IMG/VR virus record: IMGVR_UViG_3300032236_001850
Coordinates: 124,001-188,000 of that record
DNA length: 64,000 nt
Reading direction: 5' to 3' (one strand)
Shown: one piece after another, positions 18,483 to 28,477 of the stretch
How positions within the stretch are numbered: position 1 is the stretch's first letter
How the letters are laid out: each line of letters starts with the position of its first letter
Notes under the pieces: model-generated
Database searches by the model: none
What the model was told of the DNA's origin: nothing
Seen by the model: only the letters and a program-made list of their open reading frames with translations
Translations under genes and position numbers: made by a program

Positions 18483-18872
18483 ATGGAGCTAAATGAAGGC
18501 ATTTTAAAGGCTATTGACTCTTCGGTAATAGTATTGGATCAATACCAACCTAGAGACACGTATGGAGTGTTCTATAAAGGTAAAAGAGTACAAGTTGATG
18601 GAGCTAAGAAAGTATACTACACAAAAAATGCTGCCAAGAAAGCAGTTTACAATTTAGTCTTCATGACTTTCTGGCAAGGTGAGTACTGGCAGTCCTGTAG
18701 TAGACAGATAAAAGAAAGATCCGGGGTTGATGTTGACTTTAGCGCAACCATTGCTATTCTACCACAGTACGGAAAAACTGACAGATTCAAAGATCCGGAG
18801 ACAATCAGAATGTTTAAAGCTCTCAGAGACGAGCTACTGAAAAAAGAAATATTCACAATAGTAAAATTCTAA
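18483..18872 (+). CDS. Hypothetical protein
   Basis: Probable ATG 18483. Confidence 0.8.
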   Translation: MELNEGILKAIDSSVIVLDQYQPRDTYGVFYKGKRVQVDGAKKVYYTKNAAKKAVYNLVFMTFWQGEYWQSCSRQIKERSGVDVDFSATIAILPQYGKTDRFKDPETIRMFKALRDELLKKEIFTIVKF

Positions 18873-18874
18873 TT

Positions 18875-19228
18875 ATGAGAATTACATCTAAAGACCTAGT
18901 AGGTAAAACAAGAGGAAAAGTAAGGGACTGGATTTGTGAGGAGGTATTATCTTCTTTGACAGATGAAACCATCTATTCACCAACCCAAAATGATGAGGAT
19001 GGTCACGTCTACGAAATCAAACTTGTCATTAACGGGATTGAGGTTGAACCTAAACTTCTACAAAGGTTATACGATGGAATAGAAAAAATAGTTGATGACG
19101 AAGCTGCAATTATTGCTGACAATAAATTGAAGGATGCACTAAGCAGCATAGATACACTTCACGAAGTCATCAAAGAAGCAGAGTATAAAATTAGAGACAA
19201 ATTTAACATCGAAGATAAAGAATACTAA
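18875..19228 (+). CDS. Hypothetical protein
   Basis: 117 aa, operonic. Confidence 0.8.
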   Translation: MRITSKDLVGKTRGKVRDWICEEVLSSLTDETIYSPTQNDEDGHVYEIKLVINGIEVEPKLLQRLYDGIEKIVDDEAAIIADNKLKDALSSIDTLHEVIKEAEYKIRDKFNIEDKEY

Positions 19229-19230
19229 TT

Positions 19231-19956
19231 ATGAAGCTATACGTACCTGAAATCGGAGATCGTCTAAGACTAACAAAGGATTGGACATTCACTTTACATT
19301 ACGAGCACAGAAACTCAAGTCTATTGGAGCATTTTGGTAAAAGTTTCCAATACAGAAGCGGGACTACAAATCAGGATATTGTGGTTACCCTGCCAAAAGA
19401 TACAGTACTGAAAGTTGATAGAATCTACATCAGAAAGGGATTGGAGGAATGGTCATCGATAAGCTTCTATGCTGAGGGTATAGGAACGGGAAGTGGTGCT
19501 TTCGGTAGACCTAAGAGTGCTAGATTTTGGGCTAAACTTTCGGATTGCAATAACATAGAGTTTGAAATCGAAGAAACGAAGGATGTTACTAAACCTTCAT
19601 TGAGCTTCTCCAGCGTCCAAGATATAAGAAAAAACACTTCAACCACTTCATTAACTAGAAAAGAACCAGAACCAAAAAGAATTTCATTCAACTCTGTCGT
19701 CTACGCTGGTAAGAATTGGAGAAATCATGTGGAGAAATATAATGTGGTTACTAGCTACACAGAAAGCTACGTTTATAAATCAGAAGGAGTTAACGGAGGT
19801 CTCTTTGGGATGGGTAGAAATACCATCTATTACTTCGACGTCAGAAGACCAGATCTTAAATATAGTTTATCAACCATCGAAGGGGATTTTATCGGAGAGT
19901 ACGGAACTCTTGCTGCACTTAAGAAAGCAGCAAACGAGCACTATAAAAATAATTGA
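19231..19956 (+). CDS. Phage hypothetical protein
   Basis: 241 aa; LKVDRIYIRKG...RFWAKLSD. Confidence 0.85.
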   Translation: MKLYVPEIGDRLRLTKDWTFTLHYEHRNSSLLEHFGKSFQYRSGTTNQDIVVTLPKDTVLKVDRIYIRKGLEEWSSISFYAEGIGTGSGAFGRPKSARFWAKLSDCNNIEFEIEETKDVTKPSLSFSSVQDIRKNTSTTSLTRKEPEPKRISFNSVVYAGKNWRNHVEKYNVVTSYTESYVYKSEGVNGGLFGMGRNTIYYFDVRRPDLKYSLSTIEGDFIGEYGTLAALKKAANEHYKNN

Positions 19957-20022
19957 TAAATAATTTTTTTATTTGGAAATGATTTCATATATTTGCCATA
20001 TAAATCATTAAAAATCAAATAT

Positions 20023-20451
20023 ATGATAACCATTATCAAGGACATTCCAGTACATAAATTAACAGAGCACAAAGACTATGTTAACCATCTTTTCAGAAAT
20101 TCTAGCGGAGTTTATAACATCTGCAGAAATGAAGAGGACGTTATTAAATCAAACCAATGGTTTAGTAATTTACCAAAGAGAGCAATATTGGTTGACGAGG
20201 ATCTAACAATAGAGGCTGGAGACAAATTTGTTGCAAGGGCTACTAATAGATCATTGGATGGTAAGATCTTCAAATTTATAGGACCAACAGAGGGTGGAGA
20301 GGACATCATAGACGTTGAGGACGAGGACGGAAACATTCTCGTTTCAACCATCTACTTATTGGAAAATTCATTAAAGATAGTTAGAGAAGCCACGATGGAG
20401 GATCTTGAAAATGTTGCTAATGCTAAGTGTGCAATCCTTGAGATTGAATAA
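20023..20451 (+). CDS. Hypothetical protein
   Basis: ATG 20023 after early promoter. Confidence 0.8.
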   Translation: MITIIKDIPVHKLTEHKDYVNHLFRNSSGVYNICRNEEDVIKSNQWFSNLPKRAILVDEDLTIEAGDKFVARATNRSLDGKIFKFIGPTEGGEDIIDVEDEDGNILVSTIYLLENSLKIVREATMEDLENVANAKCAILEIE

Positions 20452-20482
20452 TTATTAGATTTTAAAAACAAAATATTACAAA

Positions 20483-20746
20483 ATGAAAAAAGTATTTAGT
20501 TTAATGCTATTAGTATTAATGATTGCTGTAACGGGATGTTCCAGCAATAACGATTTCAACAAGGGTAAAAAACTTCTTGAGGATCAAGGTTACACGGACG
20601 TGGTAAACACAGGACACACGTTCTTCTGCTGTGACGAGAAAGACACATACTCAACCGGTTTCAAATGCAAAGACAAGCAAGGGAATGAAGTTAAAGGGTG
20701 TTTTTGTTCAAGTCTAACTAAAGGGGTAACTATCAGATACGAATAG
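20483..20746 (+). CDS. Lipoprotein
   Basis: Signal peptide with lipobox VTG-C; Cys-rich body. Confidence 0.85.
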   Translation: MKKVFSLMLLVLMIAVTGCSSNNDFNKGKKLLEDQGYTDVVNTGHTFFCCDEKDTYSTGFKCKDKQGNEVKGCFCSSLTKGVTIRYE

Positions 20747-20748
20747 TT

Positions 20749-21021
20749 ATGAAAGTTAAGGCATCCATAGATGCAGGCTTAGAAACCACAAAATCCATAA
20801 TGGAGCACGTCATACCAAATCACAAGTTTGACGGTGATCCTAAGCAACTTCAGATCAGCATCCATCCACAGATTGCAAATGCTATGTTTGCAAGGGATAA
20901 AGAAGTTCTTGAGCTGGAAAGGTTGACAACTCTAATAACTCTAGCGAGAACATTGGATGACGAGAATCTACACAAGGCATACGATGCACTAAATTATCAA
21001 ATAATTAAAAGAGTAGAATAG
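20749..21021 (+). CDS. Hypothetical protein
   Basis: 90 aa, operonic. Confidence 0.75.
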   Translation: MKVKASIDAGLETTKSIMEHVIPNHKFDGDPKQLQISIHPQIANAMFARDKEVLELERLTTLITLARTLDDENLHKAYDALNYQIIKRVE

Positions 21022-21024
21022 CAC

Positions 21025-21846
21025 ATGGACGATCAATTAAGAGAGCTACTCAATGAGCTTAACAAGCACAAGAAAGAACAGGATGAGCTATCATCCAAAG
21101 TTCTAGAAATACTCAAAGGAGCTGACAGAGTTAGCGTTATGCCCGAGGTGCTGTGCTCCATATTCGAATCACTGGAACATGAAGGTGACATGAATTTTCA
21201 GAATCTAATAATGTATTGGGGATTGGAAAGATACGTTTCCAAGAAAGTTACTGCTCAGATTGAAAATATAGGAAAGCTTTATGACCACTGTGTGAAAGAA
21301 AACTACACACAGGATAACACCTGGCATTGGGGATCTGGAGACAGAACAGTCTGCTTCATACCATCAGAAACTAAGAAAATACTTCTCTTCGAGAACCAGA
21401 ACATCCAGTTTGTTTGTGTGGTTGATCTAGGAAGACTTGGAGATCTACATATTAGAAAGGTTTATCCCGATTTATTCAACGAGTACTCGGGATATGGTTT
21501 CTATAGCCTCGGAAGCTTTGGTGATGTTGATCATCTAAGAGAAGGTTTAAAGGGAGAAAATGGTTTAGAAATAGCTGTTGCAAATCTAACTGGGAAATAT
21601 AAGGAATGGTCAAATTCAATTTCTGGTGTTAAATATCCATGCAGAATAAGTCTCAAAAGTATGATTGAAGACGACTTCTCCGCACCAAATAGAGCATTTG
21701 ACTATGGCGATAACAGGGACGAGGGCTACATTCTTTCAGTAAAGTTTATGGATAGATGCGAAGTTAGTGACTATTACCAAGCAGCATATGTTTTCTATGA
21801 TGTTATTGGAGCTATAAAAGAAATGGAAGAAAATAATCATGAGTAA
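21025..21846 (+). CDS. Hypothetical protein
   Basis: 273-aa ORF. Confidence 0.85.
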   Translation: MDDQLRELLNELNKHKKEQDELSSKVLEILKGADRVSVMPEVLCSIFESLEHEGDMNFQNLIMYWGLERYVSKKVTAQIENIGKLYDHCVKENYTQDNTWHWGSGDRTVCFIPSETKKILLFENQNIQFVCVVDLGRLGDLHIRKVYPDLFNEYSGYGFYSLGSFGDVDHLREGLKGENGLEIAVANLTGKYKEWSNSISGVKYPCRISLKSMIEDDFSAPNRAFDYGDNRDEGYILSVKFMDRCEVSDYYQAAYVFYDVIGAIKEMEENNHE

Positions 21847-22150
21847 AATAACATTTGACGAGTTCTGTAATATGATATGCGATGGAATGTACGATCCAAA
21901 ATTTCCATTGGAAGTTCAGTGTTCAGGATACAAGAACCTCAGAAAAATGGTAATTGAAAATATTAGACCAGCATCACTGGAGGAGATGAAGAGATGGGAA
22001 ACCAATCCAACACCAGAGGAACTCTGGGCAGTTCCTGATATTAAATATCTAAGATTTCTACATTTTAAGCTAAGAGAATACATCGTGGAAAATTGGGACG
22101 ATATAATGAAGCTACACTTTTGTAGATTTGAATTTACTAAAATTAAATAG
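21839..22150 (+). CDS. Hypothetical protein, C-terminal FTKIK
   Basis: Ends RFEFTKIK. Confidence 0.8.
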   Translation: MSKITFDEFCNMICDGMYDPKFPLEVQCSGYKNLRKMVIENIRPASLEEMKRWETNPTPEELWAVPDIKYLRFLHFKLREYIVENWDDIMKLHFCRFEFTKIK

Positions 22151-22152
22151 GT

Positions 22153-22575
22153 ATGAGAAAGTATATAAATCTGGAGAACGTTAATAAGCCAAAATACTTT
22201 GTTGCTGGTGAAGTACCTATAGATGATTTTGTTTCCATTATGGACACACTATTTGCTGCAGAACCTAAGGACATAAGAAGATCCAAGGTGATGAAAGGGA
22301 GAAAGGCTCACTGGTATAAACTAGTAATAGATGGAAATCTTACTTGTCCGGTTACTGGTCTTAAAGCAGAGTATTGCAGACTAGATATTCAAAAACATCC
22401 AAATCCAAAGGTCGAGGACACATATCACTTTAACTTCTATAGTGCGGACGGAGACCTATTTACCATAGATCATAAAACTCCACTTTCACAAGGAGGTAGA
22501 GACATTTACGAAAACGTTCAGCCCATGATTGCAGAATTCAATTGGGAGAAAGGAAGCGAACTAATATACACATAG
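22153..22575 (+). CDS. HNH endonuclease-like protein
   Basis: FTIDHKTPLSQGG...NVQPMIAEFNWEKG. Confidence 0.8.
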   Translation: MRKYINLENVNKPKYFVAGEVPIDDFVSIMDTLFAAEPKDIRRSKVMKGRKAHWYKLVIDGNLTCPVTGLKAEYCRLDIQKHPNPKVEDTYHFNFYSADGDLFTIDHKTPLSQGGRDIYENVQPMIAEFNWEKGSELIYT

Positions 22576-22577
22576 TC

Positions 22578-22877
22578 ATGATACTATCTCAAAGAGAAGC
22601 TAAGCATTTCATAGACATTAGGGTTCTCAAGAACTCACATCGTCCAGACTACATCATAGGAAAACTGGAGAACAAGATTGAGGAATGGAAGGCTGAAAAG
22701 TTTATTCTTGGGATGACTAACATCTTCGATATGACCTCAGAGGAAACCGCAAAGCACAGGGAACTTACCTGGCTTATAGAGCACGGTGAAAGCGTTGTTA
22801 CCAGACATCAGATTTCCAAATGGACTCGTAAAAGACCCACACCTAAACCTAAGGTTTGTGGGTGTTGCGGAAAATAA
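22578..22877 (+). CDS. Hypothetical protein
   Basis: Probable ATG 22578; ends CGCCGK. Confidence 0.75.
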   Translation: MILSQREAKHFIDIRVLKNSHRPDYIIGKLENKIEEWKAEKFILGMTNIFDMTSEETAKHRELTWLIEHGESVVTRHQISKWTRKRPTPKPKVCGCCGK

Positions 22878-22945
22878 TCCTCCAAATATTTTTTTATTTA
22901 AAAAGGATTTCATATATTTGCCTTGTAATTAAAAATCAAAACACA

Positions 22946-23131
22946 ATGGCAACAAACAGAACCCACGCTTACGATCTACTTCAGAAGCTAACTAACGACA
23001 TGGACTACTCACACGAGGAGATCCTTGATTACCTTATCAGCAATCATCTTAGCGGAGACCAAGCTCTTGATGCAATGAGAGGATTCTTAGAAGACAAATC
23101 ACTGGATGAAAATTTAATGCCGACGGACTAA
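22946..23131 (+). CDS. Hypothetical protein
   Basis: ATG 22946 after early promoter. Confidence 0.8.
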   Translation: MATNRTHAYDLLQKLTNDMDYSHEEILDYLISNHLSGDQALDAMRGFLEDKSLDENLMPTD

Positions 23132-23241
23132 TGAGAAAGTTAACACCCTTCGGAGCTATGGTTATATCGATGATATTTACCATAATATGTGTGATAGTTG
23201 TTCTAATACACATTCATCAAAATTTTCCAACTTGTAAATAA
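23131..23241 (+). CDS. 36-aa single-TM peptide (not in ORF track)
   Basis: TAATG coupling; MRKLTPFGAMVISMIFTIICVIVVLIHIHQNFPTCK. Confidence 0.6.
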   Translation: MRKLTPFGAMVISMIFTIICVIVVLIHIHQNFPTCK

Positions 23242-23247
23242 TTAGTC

Positions 23248-23571
23248 ATGAAAAAGATACTATTAGGAATCAAAACAAACTCAGCTTCTTATTCATCAAC
23301 CTCAAGTGAGGGATACAGCTGCGGCACAATGGAAGCTAGTCAAGTTGACATCGTCATGAGTGGAACTGAAGAGGAAATAAGAGAAGCAGTTTCTAAAAAG
23401 AGAGAAGCACGTAAGCAATTAGAAAAACTATCAGACAGAATAGAATTTCTAGAAGACTCTGAACGCTGGGAGGAAATAGACGAGGTTCGTGAGGAATTTG
23501 ATAGAATTTCGCTAGAAACAAGAGAGGTCAACTACCCAAAATTAATCATGGTTGACGGAATAGAATTATAA
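23248..23571 (+). CDS. Hypothetical coiled-coil protein
   Basis: 107 aa. Confidence 0.8.
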   Translation: MKKILLGIKTNSASYSSTSSEGYSCGTMEASQVDIVMSGTEEEIREAVSKKREARKQLEKLSDRIEFLEDSERWEEIDEVREEFDRISLETREVNYPKLIMVDGIEL

Positions 23572-23573
23572 AA

Positions 23574-23714
23574 ATGAAAACAATAGTAGTTTCCTTACAG
23601 GAAAGATGGGCAGCCACGAGAGGGGTTGCTCATAAGAACAAAAAGAAGTACAGCAGAAAGGGAAGGGATCATTCCAGAACCCTATCTGCGAGAAAACTTC
23701 AACTTGAAGATTAG
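23574..23714 (+). CDS. 46-aa basic peptide, ArfA-like motif (not in ORF track)
   Basis: MKTIVVSLQERWAATRGVAHKNKKKYSRKGRDHSRTLSARKLQLED; operonic spacing. Confidence 0.6.
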   Translation: MKTIVVSLQERWAATRGVAHKNKKKYSRKGRDHSRTLSARKLQLED

Positions 23715-23743
23715 AAAATGATTACTAACCAAATCAGAAGCTT

Positions 23744-24304
23744 ATGTATTACAAGTATAACAAAGAGATACTCGACTTCGAGAAATCTACAGCCCACAGA
23801 AAGCTAATCCTAGCATTAGTGTTTAGTGTTACATTATCCTTAATATTAGGATTTTTTGCATCGAAAAGAACAGACATCAGAAATCTAACCCCCGAAGAGA
23901 AGCTTATAGTTTTACGAGATAATAACAACTTTTCGGAGGACAGATTACTAGAGAAAATAAAGGCACTAAACTTTAAATTTCCAGACATAGTATTTGCACA
24001 AGCAAAACTGGAATCTGGAAACTTCAACTCAGCAATATTTCTAGAAAACCATAACATGTTTGGGATGCGGGAGGCCAAATTAAGGGCAAACCTTGCAAAG
24101 GGAACAAACAGAGGTCATGCCTTCTATGATTCGTGGGAAGACTCCGTTTTAGATTATGCACTGTACTATTCAACCTATCTCTGCAGAATTGACACAAAGG
24201 AGGAATATTTTGATTACTTACAGCAGAGCTATGCTGAGGACCCAACCTATGTCAAAAGACTAAAAACAATTTTATCAAAAGAAAAAAATAAAATTTCAAA
24301 ATAA
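23744..24304 (+). CDS. Membrane-anchored GH73 glucosaminidase
   Basis: N-terminal TM; AQAKLESG, HNMFGMR, YAEDPTYVKRL. Confidence 0.88.
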   Translation: MYYKYNKEILDFEKSTAHRKLILALVFSVTLSLILGFFASKRTDIRNLTPEEKLIVLRDNNNFSEDRLLEKIKALNFKFPDIVFAQAKLESGNFNSAIFLENHNMFGMREAKLRANLAKGTNRGHAFYDSWEDSVLDYALYYSTYLCRIDTKEEYFDYLQQSYAEDPTYVKRLKTILSKEKNKISK

Positions 24305-24364
24305 TTTTTTTATTCAAAATCAATTTCATATATTTGCAAAGTAAATCAATAAAACAAAATAATT

Positions 24365-25378
24365 ATGGCGCACACACCACCATCAGGGCTTAAGAAACCC
24401 ATGAGCGAAGAAGCAAGACAAAGAATAGCAGATGCTGTAAGAGCAACAGCAGCCCGTAAAAGAGCAGAGGCTGGATTACCACCAATCGGTGAACCTAATG
24501 CTCCAGCTCCAGACTACATCGAAAGACCTCTGGAGTTGGTAAAGATGAGAGATCAGAATTTCTCTCCAGATCTATTCATTCCAATGAAAACCAGCAAGCC
24601 TGTCGATTTTCTATTTACCGACGACGGGGGATTACCAAAGGCATGTAATTTCATGGTTGTTGGGGATCCAGGTGTAGGTAAGACCACAGTCACCTTAGAT
24701 ATCCTGGCGGATCTAAATCTGGCTGGTTATAAAACACTATTCATCTCTGCGGAAATGTCACGTATCGACTTATATGGATACGTACAGAGATTTCCTAAAT
24801 TCGGAGAGGTTGATATTCTTTTCACTGGGGAATACTGCGACAGCAACCCAAGAACCATTTTGGAACAAGCACTCAAGCCAGGTTATGATGTTGTACTTAT
24901 CGACTCACTAGTGGAGCTACAGGAAGACATCAAAGAGGTTCTTCGTATGACAACTATAGGTTCAGAAAAATTAGTTATTGACATGATGCTGTCACACAAC
25001 ATGGCGGAGAATGATTCAAAGACACACACAACTTTTCTTGCCATTCAACAAGTAGGAAAAAATGGAATTTTCGTGGGGTCAAACAAGATAAAACACGCTG
25101 TTACGGGTATGCTTGAAATTAGAAGAGACCAGAAAGGTGGGGGTTCTTATCTTATGTTTGATAAAAATCGTAGAGGTTCAGTAAACAAGAGAATGTTTTA
25201 TAATCTATCAGTCGATGGGGATGTTGAATATGATCTTAGACGTTTTAATAATGACGAAGATGCAAGGGATGCATTGGCACAGGAGAGAGCCATATTGGAG
25301 GGTGAGGATAAAAGTTTTGATGATATGTTCGGTACCAATAGACATCCTACCGATGACGATACAGATAACGCAATCTAA
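24365..25378 (+). CDS. RecA-superfamily (RadA/Sms-like) ATPase
   Basis: Walker A GDPGVGKTT, FISAEM, Walker B VLIDS, GSNKIKH, KNRRG. Confidence 0.85.
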   Translation: MAHTPPSGLKKPMSEEARQRIADAVRATAARKRAEAGLPPIGEPNAPAPDYIERPLELVKMRDQNFSPDLFIPMKTSKPVDFLFTDDGGLPKACNFMVVGDPGVGKTTVTLDILADLNLAGYKTLFISAEMSRIDLYGYVQRFPKFGEVDILFTGEYCDSNPRTILEQALKPGYDVVLIDSLVELQEDIKEVLRMTTIGSEKLVIDMMLSHNMAENDSKTHTTFLAIQQVGKNGIFVGSNKIKHAVTGMLEIRRDQKGGGSYLMFDKNRRGSVNKRMFYNLSVDGDVEYDLRRFNNDEDARDALAQERAILEGEDKSFDDMFGTNRHPTDDDTDNAI

Positions 25379-25412
25379 AGAAACAAAGGGATCGGGATAA
25401 AGTATAATTCAT

Positions 25413-26177
25413 ATGAATATCATATACGAAATATACGATCCAATAACTGGTAAAAAATACATAGGATCAAAGACCAACTGGAAAGGTCCAGGTACATATT
25501 ACGGTTCGTCAAAAAATCAGGAAATGTTAGATATTATAAAGGAACGCAAATCGACTCTAATATTTAAAATATTAGAGGAGGTTGATTCCATAAGTAATAT
25601 ACTTGAAAGAGAGGAATATTGGCAGAGACTGTATGGAGTTGCAGAATCGGAAATGTATTGGAATCAAAGATACGCATATGCTTGGGGATTTTACATGACA
25701 GGAAAAACCCACACGCAGGAGTCAATAGATAAAATAAAAAAGAGCCACAATGATCCAAAGATGGTCAATCACCTTAGAGAAAAAGCAAAAGAAAAATGGG
25801 ACGAAAAGAGGGAGAATGGCGAAGATTATTTTAGTCAGGAAGGAATGGATAATTTAAGAAAAGAGGGTGCTAAGGTTGGAAAATTTCCAAGAAATGAGGA
25901 ATGGTCAAGAAAACATAGAGAGAGAAAATTAGGTTCCTCCAATACACCAGAAAGTAAAATTAAAGCATCTAAGTCACTAAAGTTAAAATATCTAAATGGT
26001 GAAATAGAAAATGCTTATGCTAAAAAAGTTATAGCAACATCAGAAACCGATGGAACAGAAACGGAACACAAGTCTATAACACAAGGAGCTATCTCAATAG
26101 GTTATAAAGCACACAACATAAGACAAGCCATTAAAACAGGAAAGCCATTAGGTGGGTTTTACTGGAAATTAAAGTAG
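25413..26177 (+). CDS. Free-standing GIY-YIG (Seg-like) homing endonuclease
   Basis: IIYEIY...KYIGSK, YYGSS, REEYW; NUMOD3-like GKTHTQESIDKIKKS; NUMOD1-like C-terminus. Confidence 0.9.
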   Translation: MNIIYEIYDPITGKKYIGSKTNWKGPGTYYGSSKNQEMLDIIKERKSTLIFKILEEVDSISNILEREEYWQRLYGVAESEMYWNQRYAYAWGFYMTGKTHTQESIDKIKKSHNDPKMVNHLREKAKEKWDEKRENGEDYFSQEGMDNLRKEGAKVGKFPRNEEWSRKHRERKLGSSNTPESKIKASKSLKLKYLNGEIENAYAKKVIATSETDGTETEHKSITQGAISIGYKAHNIRQAIKTGKPLGGFYWKLK

Positions 26178-26278
26178 CAACACCAAAAAGATATATAAAA
26201 CATCCTAAATTATTTTTTTTATTCGAGGGAATTTGATATATTTGTAGGGTAATTAAAAAAACAAATTAAAAGAAAATT

Positions 26279-27418
26279 ATGAGTAGATTTGAGACATTAT
26301 CGCAATCTGTATTTGATTCAAAAGTTAAGGAAGCAATTGCAGTATCTCCTCTTCGTAAAGAGGTAAGTTTAAAAGAAGTTGAAATCGTAAAGAGCAACGT
26401 TCTTAGATACCAAGACAGAAACATTCCAATGGAGGAGGCTGCTTTCAAAGGTATCTGTAAAATCATAGGACTTCCTACTGGTTTTGACAAAACATTCTCT
26501 GAGGCTTTCGGGGACAAGGCAAGACAATCTCTAGTTAACAGACTAAAGGTTGCAGTTCAAGCCAAAGGTAAAACTACGGTTTCTTTGGTTATCAATCCTG
26601 AAACAAAAAGAGTTGTTAGTGTTCAACCAGATCCTAAGAACTTGGTGAGCAACCAAACATTCATCGATACCACATCTCGTATTATTGATAAATATGGTTT
26701 GGAAGTAAACAACTTCTCAATCGGAAACAACGGCGGAGTTATTGTTAACGCTTCTTCACCTAAGAATGCTTGGGGATTAGCTGGTTTAACCAATGAGGAT
26801 CACTACGGTGGTGTATCATTTACAAATAGTCCAGACGCTGGATTTAAGGTTTCTCCATTCATGTACAGATTAATTTGTGCAAATGGTATGATTGGGACAG
26901 CTTTCAACGAGAGTATTTCTCTTGGTCAAATGGATGCTAAGACAATGGAAAGCTTTTGGGCACTGTTGAATGATATGGCAACCAGATCTTTCAGACCAAC
27001 TCTCTTCGACGAAAAAGCTAGATTGGCTATGAACACTAATGCTTCACTTTGGGAGCTTCAAAATGCACATGATGTACTTAAAAGATACTCAAATGCAGAA
27101 TACAAAGAATTGGAAGCTTGGGTTCCTCTAGTAACAACTAAAGAGGCATTCCACAATGCAAGAATTGACACATTCACTATGGGCAAAGATCAAATGAAAA
27201 ATGCTAGAACTGGAGTTTCAGTTTGGGACGTTATCAATGGCTTAACTCATTTTGGATCATCCGATAATGGATTTAAGATTTCTGATTACGATTCTAGAAA
27301 AATCCAATACGAAGCTGGTGCATTACTTGCTAAGAAAAGCTTTGATATGGCTAATCAAGTTAGATCGCCATTCAATGAAATTGAAACTAAATTCGGAGCC
27401 ACCTGGCAAAAGAATTAA
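26279..27418 (+). CDS. DUF932-family protein
   Basis: YRLICANGM and VWDVINGLT motifs. Confidence 0.75.
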   Translation: MSRFETLSQSVFDSKVKEAIAVSPLRKEVSLKEVEIVKSNVLRYQDRNIPMEEAAFKGICKIIGLPTGFDKTFSEAFGDKARQSLVNRLKVAVQAKGKTTVSLVINPETKRVVSVQPDPKNLVSNQTFIDTTSRIIDKYGLEVNNFSIGNNGGVIVNASSPKNAWGLAGLTNEDHYGGVSFTNSPDAGFKVSPFMYRLICANGMIGTAFNESISLGQMDAKTMESFWALLNDMATRSFRPTLFDEKARLAMNTNASLWELQNAHDVLKRYSNAEYKELEAWVPLVTTKEAFHNARIDTFTMGKDQMKNARTGVSVWDVINGLTHFGSSDNGFKISDYDSRKIQYEAGALLAKKSFDMANQVRSPFNEIETKFGATWQKN

Positions 27419-27444
27419 TATTTGGTCAACATAACGTTAAGTTT

Positions 27445-27475
27445 AAACCTGCTGTTCTCACCAGCAGGTTTTTTT
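27445..27475 (+). terminator. Intrinsic terminator
   Basis: AAACCTGCTG-ttctcac-CAGCAGGTTT-T run. Confidence 0.9.
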
Positions 27476-27501
27476 GTGGGTTTTTGCTTCCTTGATTCCT
27501 C

Positions 27502-27520
27502 ACACCGTTGCCGACGGTGT
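27502..27520. repeat. CACCG-N7-CGGTG element, copy 1
   Basis: acaccg-ttgccga-cggtgt, downstream of terminator and upstream of promoter. Confidence 0.9.
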
Positions 27521-27597
27521 TCAGGATGTGGAAAATATATCGGGAAATATTTTTTTATTCGGAAAGAATTTCTTATATTTGTAAAAAGATTTATTGA

Positions 27598-28038
27598 ATG
27601 TTAAAAGAATCAAAACTATACAAAACCTACATCAGATTTAATAAGGACGAGAAGGTCTTTGAGGAGATAGTTCTAGACAGAACACATCAGGAAAGATTCG
27701 AACGTTTTAAATCTCGACTCGAATTTTGTGTCTCTGTTGGGGATTTAGTTAGGGTTAGAGATGGTAGTGGAAATTTAGATTTTGATGATGGAAAGAAACG
27801 ATTCGGCATTGACGAGCTATTCAAACAGAATCCAGCATTAGTCATCGAGACTGGTCTTTCTTTTATAACAGAACCCATGGTGGGAATAGGTGAGAGCTCC
27901 AGATACGTCCTGGATCTACTTCTTCTTTTTCCAGAAGGGGAAAGAGTTTACACGTCGACCACCTTTGTGGAACCGACTAATGATGATGAATGGAGATATT
28001 ACGGAACAACATGGCCAAAATGGGACAGAATCAGATAG
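27598..28038 (+). CDS. Hypothetical SH3/KOW-like protein, C-terminal WDRIR
   Basis: VGDLVRV motif; ends KWDRIR. Confidence 0.8.
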   Translation: MLKESKLYKTYIRFNKDEKVFEEIVLDRTHQERFERFKSRLEFCVSVGDLVRVRDGSGNLDFDDGKKRFGIDELFKQNPALVIETGLSFITEPMVGIGESSRYVLDLLLLFPEGERVYTSTTFVEPTNDDEWRYYGTTWPKWDRIR

Positions 28039-28274
28039 GGGTCATCAAAAATGATATTGAGTTCGATTACAGACTCGATGATCCCTATGCTGGGATTATA
28101 TTTGCTACCCTACGCAAGGGTGAATTTGTTAAACTCAGTAATCCAAGAATTGGTAACTTTGATACTGTTTACTATGATGGTCTAATAACGGAAGGAGAGC
28201 ACAGTGGGGTGGTTTTAAATATAGCAGATTATGATGTTGACATAATAGACACAACATGGAAAAAGATCAGATAG
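28020..28274 (+). CDS. Small beta-barrel-like protein, C-terminal WKKIR
   Basis: Start within 19-nt overlap; ends TWKKIR. Confidence 0.8.
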   Translation: MGQNQIGVIKNDIEFDYRLDDPYAGIIFATLRKGEFVKLSNPRIGNFDTVYYDGLITEGEHSGVVLNIADYDVDIIDTTWKKIR

Positions 28275-28477
28275 CAATATTAAAAAACTCTAGACTTATT
28301 AGATCAAGTAATGGATATGTGCTATGGAAATCAGGAACTGGATTGATAGCAACCAAGACAAATTTTGAGGATTTGTACATCGTAAACACACTAGAGAATA
28401 ACGTTTTACATTGTTCAATATCATCAGCGGAGATAATAATATTAGAATGGGTAAATAAATGGAAAAGACTAAGATAG
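28256..28477 (+). CDS. Small protein, C-terminal WKRLR
   Basis: 19-nt overlap start; ends KWKRLR. Confidence 0.8.
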   Translation: MEKDQIAILKNSRLIRSSNGYVLWKSGTGLIATKTNFEDLYIVNTLENNVLHCSISSAEIIILEWVNKWKRLR

